Shown piece after piece: positions 55,301-64,000 of a stretch of 64,000 nucleotides of DNA. Position 1 is the first letter of the stretch; each line of letters begins with the position of its first letter. A program made the position numbers and the translations under genes. The DNA lies in the NCBI RefSeq assembly GCF_006345805.1, contig NC_043004.1, forward strand, positions 38,998,001 to 39,062,000, written 5' to 3'. This DNA comes from Octopus sinensis. Its lineage: Eukaryota. Under the pieces are notes generated by a model. It saw nothing but the letters and a program-made list of their open reading frames with translations, was not told the DNA's origin and searched no databases.

Positions 55301-56222
55301 CTGATAGTTCTTTACCACGTGAACTGTTTTGCATTTGGGGATCAGTTATGTTTCTGCTAGATCTAACTAGGGAGCTATGTTACCATTCCTATTGAGAGTT
55401 TGCTTCGGCAGATTTGTTGTTACGATCGGTACGAGATTACATCATCGTAACAGTGTCCAACAATCAAATGTCTTCCTCGCGCATTTTTATAAGGAAATGC
55501 TTGAATTACAGTGACCCCATAGGTGGATGTTTTATGTTTTGGGTGTAATGCAAGGACAATAAATTCTTCCGATTTCTTCTTGCAAAAAAGTTTCCACACT
55601 TTTTCTTCGCTCTAGATTTTTCTCCAGAAGGAATCTATATCTTCTCGGGAAAAAGCTTCTCTGACACTAATTGCTTGTTATTTTATGTGTCTGCACAGTG
55701 CTGTCTGGTTTCGGCTTTTTATAAATTATATTTAATTCAGTACTCTTCTCTGATATCGGAGTTTTGAGGGTGATCACTTTCTAATCAAGTGTTATTTTTG
55801 CTCTTTTCGAATATCATTTCTATCTTTACTTTTTGTGGTTGAAATCTCAACTTCAGGATTGCTGATAAGTTCCAGAATTAAGCTAGCTTTGTTTAAATAT
55901 TTATTGTAGGTCCGTCCTTATAAACCTCTGAGTAATACAATCGAAGGAAAAGGTCTCTCACTGTAGATATTATCATATCTCACCATTACTGGAGTTGAAC
56001 AGAGATGCGACCAATATCTCAAGTCGCTTGCGTGAAGTTTTGAAATTACATACTTCAAACTAGTTAAACCTGCCCAGATTTGATTTCGGTAAAAGGGTTT
56101 TTGTGTCATAAGCTAACCACTTATCACATCGCGGTCGAATAGCTCTAGTAATTAAGATATAAAGGTGTAAGATTGATTCCTAGATTGCGTGGTACTTTGT
56201 GTCCTTCAGCAAAACATGTCAT

Positions 56223-56624
56223 AGGCGCAGGAGTGGCCGTATGGTAAGTAGCTTGCTAACCAACCACATGGTTCTGGGTTCAGTCCCACTGCGTGGCATC
56301 TTGGGCAAGTGTCTTCTGCTATAGCCCCGGGCCGACCAATGCCTTGTGAGTGGATTTGGTAGACGGAAACTGAAAAAAGCCTGTCGTATATATGTATATA
56401 TATATAAGTGTGTGTGTATATGTTTGTGTGTCTGTGTTTGTCCCCCTAGGGCTAGTATGTTTATGTCCCCGTCACTTAGCGGTTCGGCAAAAGAGATCGA
56501 TAGAATAAGTACTGGGCTTACAAAGAATAAGTCCCGGGGTCGATTTGCTCGACTAAAGGCGGTGCTCCAGCATGGCCGTAGTCAAATGACTGAAACAAGT
56601 AAAAGAGTAAAGAGTAAAGAGAGT
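56223..56624 (+). mobile_element. SINE family A, well preserved
   Basis: GGCGCAGGAGTGGCCGTATGGTAAG head, GGTTCAGTCCC B box, CORE-like CTTGGGCAAGT and (GAGTAAA)n tail. Confidence 0.9.
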
Positions 56625-57675
56625 ATTTCAAATTACCTGCAAATTGACTCACTTCTCCTCTAGATGTGACATTCTATATGATGCACTGGAATAAGTTTGA
56701 GAACACCAAAAGTTCTCTCTTTTCACAAACATACAGGCACGAAAGATAATTCACAATATCATTGTTTGTGTTATTAAATGATTTTGGGCTTCCAAGTACT
56801 ATTGTAATTATTGTTAGCATTATTGTTTATCCCCAGATCATTAAGATCGATTACATTGCCGCTATGATAATTCTGCCTTTTCCTCAGTAGAAAAAATATA
56901 TCTAGTTTCCTTCATTAAAACTGTACCATATTATTTGAGATAGTATTATTTCCTAATTCTACCGGAGAAAGTAATCACGTAAATATTTCCTTTTGGCACA
57001 AATTACTACAAACGTTGCTTAGCGCCAGAAACAACCATCTCTCCTTTTTTTACCCATAAAACTGATCTCAAATCGTATTTGATGTGTCCTTTCTTTTACG
57101 TAAGTTCACGAGTTGCAATTTGAGCCAAATTTAGGTTCTACTTTATGTAGAGTGCATGACATTAATAAATTCCATTTTCGACTCGTGTTAACTCCATTAA
57201 TGGTAATAGCCATACAGAATAATATGTTATACATTACAAAAGACATAACCTTTATGCTGAAATGTCAGTATTCACATTATTACTATTCCGAAATATATTG
57301 ATATATAATATGGACTGAATAACGATTGGCATTATTCATCAAGAAATCGTAATGCTCTACTCGCCGAAAAATAACGACATCTAGAGCAAAGGAGACGAAT
57401 TGTTTCAGGTCAAGGTGTAAAGCATTTGTTTGCTTAGATGGAAATGTTATACCCATCATATTACCTGTTCCAATACAATTTTAATAAATCATTAATCAAT
57501 TCCAGATCTGTCCTACCAAGAAATACCAAACTAATGTTAATATATTATGCATTGCAATTTCACTAAGATGGCTACTACTGTTTTTGACTTATATGCTGTG
57601 TCACGCTATAACTGCCTTTCAATTTAGATACACACACATAGATATATTATGAATGTATATATATATATATATATA

Positions 57676-58012
57676 TCTTTATATATATAAAACTGAGAAT
57701 GTGTGTGTGTGTGTCTGTCTGTGTGTTTCCCTAAAACTTGAGAACTACACAACCTATTTCATTCAAATTTTACAAATGCCTTACTTAGTGAGTGTCATCG
57801 GCAAAAAAAATTTTGAACTTTTTGCTTAGGGCGAGCCCACAGTAATATCATATCTTCTCCACTACGTTTCCTTAAAACTTGAGAACTACACAACCAATTC
57901 CATTCAAATTTTACACATGCCTTACTTAGGGTCCATGTAGTTTCATGGGCAAAAGAAATGTCCAACTTCTTGCCTAGAGCGAGCCCATACCAATATCATA
58001 TCTTCTCCACTA
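57676..58012 (+). mobile_element. 5' part of a Helitron-like element with an internal ~140 bp tandem duplication
   Basis: A|TCTTTATATATATAAAA start followed by (GT/GTCT)n, like the Helitron at 22953. Repeat units lie at ~57725-57865 and ~57866-58012. No CTAG/hairpin 3' end was found. Confidence 0.55.
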
Positions 58013-58371
58013 TCTCAGTATTATGTGTTAAAAGTGAAAAAAAAAAACATTTCTCTATTTTATGCCAGATACTTTCACTTTAACAATAAAAATAATAATA
58101 ACAATTGAATTATATGTAGTAATAAATAATAAAAATCAAACTAAAGTATAATATAATTGTAACATAACAAAAGTAAAAATAGCAATTGGTATAAAATTGC
58201 ATCAATGATTTGAACTTGAATAAGTGGTTTCACATGAATGGGAATAAATTAAAAATAAAATTAGCGTGCAGAAATGGAATAGTCTAGATGGATAATAAAG
58301 AATTAGATTAAAGAAAAGACTATTGTCTATAAAGTATACAATGTAGAGAAAAAAGGTCGCGTTTTCTTTGC

Positions 58372-60035
58372 GCTCTGTAAAATTCGGTAAAAAAAGATCA
58401 AAAAGAATTGTTGTTGTTGTGGAAATTTTGAACGGCGTTAAAGCGGTTTCGCGTTCCACTGGTTCTGCGCGTTACACTTTTTCTGTTTTGACGGCCGTTT
58501 TGGCCTGTCAGGCGGGAGGAGATGGATGACCACTCCCTTGTGGAGGAGTCGGAGGAAGAATGGATATTTGAGAGCTTGTCGGAGACATCGAACTCTGAAA
58601 ACGAGCAAATCGGTGAGGTAAAAAATGTGGAGACTGAAAACAGGAAAACGTACGCAGGCGTTGCAAAAAAGAAGACGAAACAGGAAAATGAAATAAACCT
58701 AGAAAAATTGCCAGGTTTCCAGAGGTATATGAGGAAGGACAGCGGCGAGGTAGAACTGGAACCACCGCCAAAGAGAAAGGAATGGTACAATAAGAGGACT
58801 ATACTTTACAGGGTGTTCCTGAACGAAAGAAAGAAAATAGAGATCGTAAAAATGGAATGGATAGAGGAGGCCCTGAGAAATCGGAGGAGGAAATCATTTT
58901 TTTGACTCGAGGATCGAAGTACGGTACCGTAGTGGTACATTTTAAGAGTGAGACTGCAGCGAGGAAGATGGCGGTGAGGGCGGTGAGGTCAGAAAGGTAA
59001 CACTCCTACCTATGTACATGAATAGAAGGATTACACGAGTAAGGGTGGAGGGAGTGCCACCAAACGTGGAGGCTGAATGGATTGTGGCGGCTGTGATCAG
59101 CGGCCACGAGGAGAAAGTTGATATTCTCCATGCCTCGGTCAGGACCGAGGGCTGGAGAGGAGTAACAGTGGAGCTGAACGTGCAGGCGGAGAGTGAGGTG
59201 CTGGCGGACCTGGCGGAGAGCATTAAATTGGGAGACGTGATTATGAGAGTGTGGGTGGAGGGCAGAGCTCCACTTTGTTACAAGTGTGGCCTGAGGGGCC
59301 ACATAAGAGCCTTCTGCCCTCCCCCACCGGGAGAAAAGGAAATTGTTGAGGAAACTCCAAAAGAGGAAGCCCCAAAAGAAGAAGAAATCAAAGAGAAGCA
59401 GATGGAAAGGGAACGACAGATGAGGAAGAGACGCAAAAAGAGTATGAAGAGGTCAGAAAGAAGAGAAAAGGAAGAAAAGGAAAAACTGTGTGAAGCCCCA
59501 ACCCACCCAAACACCACCACACCTTTGGAGACCCATCCTGCCCCCGCAAACAGCAATCCCACCCACTCCCCGCCTACAAGAAAAACGAAATCAGACATAC
59601 AAAACATACAAAAGCCCCAGTCCTACTTTTTGTGTGTTGTGAGGAAGGGAGATACAGAGAATGCAAGAAGGCTTTTTGAAGACAATGTATGGCAGGAGTA
59701 TGAGGACGGAAGTTATGCGGTATTCGATTTCGAACTCATGGGCTCTTTGATGAGCAAGTGCAATGAACTACGTATAATTGTTTGTCAGAATATATGAGAA
59801 ATGATATGATAGAGAGGTTTGAGAGAGAAATGAAAGGTGAGGTGAAAGACTTTGGAATCGTGATAGGAAACGGAAAGGTAAGTGATGCTGGCGGAGGGGG
59901 CCGTTAGCATTGCTTTCATGTTATCATTTTTTCATTTTTAACATTCATTTAATCATAATTTAACCGCATTGTTTTATGTCCCTCATGTTTTGTAATGTCC
60001 CCTCTTCGTGGCCCCTAGTGGGTAATAAAGAAATA
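58372..60035 (+). mobile_element. ORF1-only non-autonomous Tx1-like retroelement, unit 1
   Basis: 5' GCTCTGTAAAATTCGGT, CpG-rich leader, frameshifted ORF1 from 58522 with CYKCGLRGHIRAFC knuckle, 3' hairpin, and end GCCCCTAGTGGGTAATAAAGAAATA. No EN or RT sequence. Confidence 0.8.
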
Positions 60036-61692
60036 GCTCTGTAAAATTCGGTTAAAAAAGAAAAAAGAACAAAAAGTGAATTGTGGTTGCGGAATTGGAA
60101 CGTCGGTTGGTGCGGTTTCGCGTCGCACTGGTTCTGTGCGCCGCACGTTTTCTGTTCGGGAGGCCGCTTTTCGGTCTGAGGCGACTATGAGCCGCCTCTA
60201 CCAAACGGATGAGATGGAAGGGAGAAATTTCTCTGAAAATTCGTCGACATCGGAGGAGGAGCTGGCGGTGAAAAAAATGGAAAGCACCTACGCAGGTATA
60301 ACGAAGAAGTCAACAGAAAAAGAGATAGACCTGGCTAAGTTGACGGACTTCCAGGAGTTCATGAAGGAGGAGGAGAACGGAGAGGTTGAGCTGTTGCCTC
60401 TAGCAGGGCGCGGAGACTGGTTCCATCGTAGAACCATTAAATATAAAGTATTTATGAATGGAGGTAGAAAAATGGAAGTGATTAACATGGAAGCAATTGA
60501 AGAGGCTTTCAAACAGACAGGAGAAGAAATTGTGTACATGACAAAAGGATTAGAATATGGAACCATAACGGTACAATTTAAAAGTGAGAAAGCAGCCAGG
60601 AATATAGCAGCCAAGGTGGTGAGTACAGAAAAGTTTTACTTATTCCCCTCGTATTTGAATAGAAGGACCACCAGAATTAGGGTGGAAGGAATACCGCCAC
60701 ACCTAGAGGGCGAATTAATAACGGCTGCGGTTATCAAAGGAAATGAAGATAAAGTGGACATCCTCCACGCCATTATGAAATATGAAGGCGTGAGAGGTGC
60801 CACACTAGTAATGAACATACAGACGGAGGCGAAGTTATAGAAAAGCTTACGGACAGTATAAAAACTGGAAATATTATTATGAGAGTGTGGGTGGAGGGTA
60901 GGGCGCCCAGGTGCTACAAGTGTGGCCTGAGGGGTCACATAAGAGCCTACTGCCCTCCCCCACCAAAGGAAAAGAAAAGAAATCGTCGCGGAAGCCCCAA
61001 AAGAGGAAGAAACCAAAGAGAACCAAAGGGAAAAAGAAACGACAGAAGAGGAGATGCAACAAGAGTGGGAAGAAGGAAGAAAAAAGAGAAAAAGAAAGAA
61101 AAAGAAAAACTGTGCGAAGCCCCAACCCACCCCAACACCACCCGCACCCTCTGAATCCCACCCTTCCCCTGCAGACAGTGAACCCACCCTCTCCCCTCCA
61201 ACAAGAAAACAAAAGAAAAATATTAATACAGACAGACAAGAGTTTGAAAACGAACCCAGGCCGAACATTTATATTGTGACTGAACAGAAAGAGGTTGAAA
61301 GGGTAATGGAGGAGTATGAATGGTATGAAATGGATGGGACCAGATATGCAGTGCTGGAAAAGAAGAATATAGATGAGTTTGTGTTGAGGTGTGAAAGAGA
61401 GAATTGGGAGGTGAAAGATACAAGAATGAGCGATGAATTCGTGGAATATATGGAGGACAGTTTCGGAGTAAGAATGGATATGGATGGTCTTCGTATTGGG
61501 AATGAACATTCAGGTGACAGTGAAAACAAAAGGACAGGTAAGTGATGCTGGCGGAGGGGGCCGTTAGCATCGCTTTCATATTATCATTTTTTCATTTTCA
61601 TTTGCTCATAAATTTAATCATATTGTTCTATGTCCCCCATGTTTTGTTATGTCCGGCATTCTTTGTAGCCCCTGGTGGGTAATAAAGAAATA
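60036..61692 (+). mobile_element. ORF1-only non-autonomous Tx1-like retroelement, unit 2
   Basis: Same 5' 17-mer and 3' end as unit 1. ORF1 is split over 60076-60840, 60879-61154 and 61054-61545, with a CYKCGLRGHIRAYC knuckle. Confidence 0.8.
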
Positions 61693-64000
61693 ACATGGAG
61701 GAAATCAATTTTTTGCGTTTATTAGTAAGTTGATATATTTTTGCTCTCGTACTATTATCACTGTTATTATATACTGTTGGTCTACCTGTTTTGTCTATTG
61801 TTGTCTAACTGACGAAGTCAGCCTTCGCGCGAAGACTTCGCGTTGGTGTTCCCCCCTCCGTGGGGGAAAACTACAATTAATTTGCATTTACCAAAGGCTT
61901 GTTAAAGCCATTTGTTCAAGATGGAGTCCCCCATCTCTTATTCGCCCGTAACGAGCGAGGATGAATACCCGGCGTAGTCGCCAAGAAAAAAAGAGGCGTT
62001 GTCGCCAAGAAAAAAAGAGGCGTTGTCGCCGAAGAAAAAAGAGGCGGGGTCGCCCAAGAAAATGGAAAAACCAGTACCAGCATCAACTCCAGCGAAAAAA
62101 TTCGATGAAGTGGCTGGGAAAAGGATTAAAAAAATAAATATAGAAAATTTGGAAAAATTTGCAGACTGTGTAAAAAAAGAGGGCACAGAAGTGACTGTGG
62201 CCAAAAACATACAAAAAAACATGACGATATAGAAAAAAAAAGAATAATATATAAAACTTACGACACAACGACAAAAATGATCCAAAAAATCGAAGAAAAA
62301 AAAATAGAGTTTTGTCTAAAACCTTTTTGGATAAATAACGTATATAAACAGAGGAAAAAGATACGGCACAGTGGAGGTGCGTTTTACTACGGAGGAGATA
62401 GCGAAAAAACTATCGATGGAGCCGATCAACAGAAAACATTGTCTTACTACCATTGTATAAAGGAAAAAGGACGTCGAAAATTTCAATGAACAACATACCG
62501 CCAGAGGCAGATGCAGAATGCCTGGTGGCAGCAGTGATGGTTGGCCTGGAGGAAAAAATAAACATCCTCCAGGCCACAGTGGAGGAAGAGGAGTTTTGGA
62601 AAGGGCAGAAAATAGTGATAGCCATTCAGGCGGAGGTGCAAACACTGGAAGAAATTCCAGAAACGGTAAAGATTAGTGAAGACGAGAAAATAACAGTTTT
62701 CGTGGAGGGCAGGAAGCCGAGGTGCTTCGGCTGCGGCAAGAAGGGTCATGTAAGGGCGGAATGCCAACCCCAACCCAAACCGCAGGAAGCACCTAAGCCA
62801 AGAGAAAAAGAAGATAATGTGTCACCAGAAGCAGCGTCGGACGGCCCAGAAGGGAAGACTGAAGGTGTGGAGGTGACGGTGACAGCAGAACCAGCGGCGG
62901 AGGAAAAAAAGAGCGAGGAAAAGATAAATGAGGAGGGGTGGGCAAAAATTACCGGAAAAAAAAAGAAAAACGGAAACCACCCCTCCCAGAGTAATTTTAA
63001 AAAAGAAAAGAGAGTCAATGAACTCGTATATGGCCGTAAAGGCAGCAAATAGCAGACTCGGAAACGTGTTGGCAGCCATGGCCAAAGTGGAGAAAGTAGT
63101 GAAAAAAAAGACTTTGTAATTTACAGAATAGGCCGGAAGGATTACGGGCGGATAAAGTCAGAATTCTTCCATGACGTAGGCCCACTTAGATTGGATGTGA
63201 CATCTCCACATATATTCGAGGGCCTAAGTCAGACTCCCCCACGAGGCCAGAAAAAGAGTTAGAAGAACAAGAGAAAACCGAACCACTGATATAAAGGTAA
63301 GTAATGGATTACATTTATGTTGGTTGTTTGAATGTGCGCGGCCTGGGAGCAGGCTGGAAGCAAGGTCGCTTCCTGCATGATATCAGGTCGCGTAATTTAG
63401 ATGTTATTGTTGCTACAGAAACCCGGTTAGAGGGGCCAAGAGGTCTACTCCCGCTGTTTGACGGCTACGAGAGTTTTTTCCCTCCTGGCAGTCCTACAGG
63501 CGGGAGTGGGGTTTGGTCCTATTAAAAAGAACCGGGTTTCTGAGAAAAAGTTAATTTTTGCAGATCCAGAAGGTAGGCTGGTCGTCATGGATTTGACGTT
63601 CAGTAATGGTAAAGTTATCAGACTGGTTGCAATTTACGCACCCAACCATACAGGGCAAAGTGATTATTTTCGTGAACTAGAAAACTTTCTTGGTACTTCG
63701 CATTCATTAGTGGTGCTAGGAGACTTTAACACAATTTGCAAAGCGGATGTAGATTGGGTTGGCTCGCGTCCAGATAGAAAAGGCAACAGTGGCTTCATGG
63801 AACTGCTAAGTCGCTTTGAGCTAGCAGATCCTTATAGGCTGGAATTTCCGAACGCTCCATTGTGGACATGGTCAAACAGCGACGGATCTTCCAGGTCATA
63901 TTTAGATAGAATACTAATTAGAAAAGTAGACAGTAAAATAGCTAAGTGTCCACAGTTTTACCCGATCAGCTACAGTGATCATAAAATGGTCACTTGTAAG
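61693..64000 (+). mobile_element. Two-ORF Tx1/L1-clade LINE, 5' part (runs off the window)
   Basis: Disrupted ORF1 from ATG 61921 with CFGCGKKGHVRAEC knuckle, followed by ORF2 starting at 63304. Confidence 0.88.
63304..64000 (+). pseudogene. ORF2 N-terminal APE endonuclease (frameshifted near 63515)
   Basis: CLNVRGL, VATET, DPEGR, AIYAPN, LGDFN, WTWSN, SYLDRI and YSDH, the conserved L1/Tx1 endonuclease motifs. Confidence 0.9.

Noticed and set aside
58522-63052. Zinc-knuckle ORFs as host genes or LTR-retrotransposon gag
   Set aside because: No LTRs, protease or integrase. The third copy is followed directly by an APE endonuclease and the units have LINE-like 3' ends.

Overview
Repeat-saturated, AT-rich animal DNA, intergenic or intronic. 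No host protein-coding exon could be supported. The microsatellite load and SINE families resemble an Octopus (coleoid cephalopod) genome, which is an inference from recalled repeat sequences. Contents: three tRNA-headed SINE families, LINE relics (RTE, CR1/L2-group, R4/Dong, Tx1/L1), Penelope-like fragments with hammerhead ribozyme motifs, Helitrons, Tc1/mariner relics and MITEs, an ~800 bp fold-back palindrome, and a locally templated insertion with a 30-bp target duplication. The most striking structure is at 58.4-64 kb. Two ~1.66 kb ORF1-only (zinc-knuckle) non-autonomous retroelements are joined head-to-tail and then directly to a two-ORF Tx1-like LINE. All three share an AGGTAAGTRATG motif at the end of ORF1. 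The 3' end of the ORF1-only units matches the 3' tail of a SINE family in the same window, suggesting a three-tier LINE / half-LINE / SINE system. All protein calls were translated by eye and boundaries of degenerate elements are approximate.
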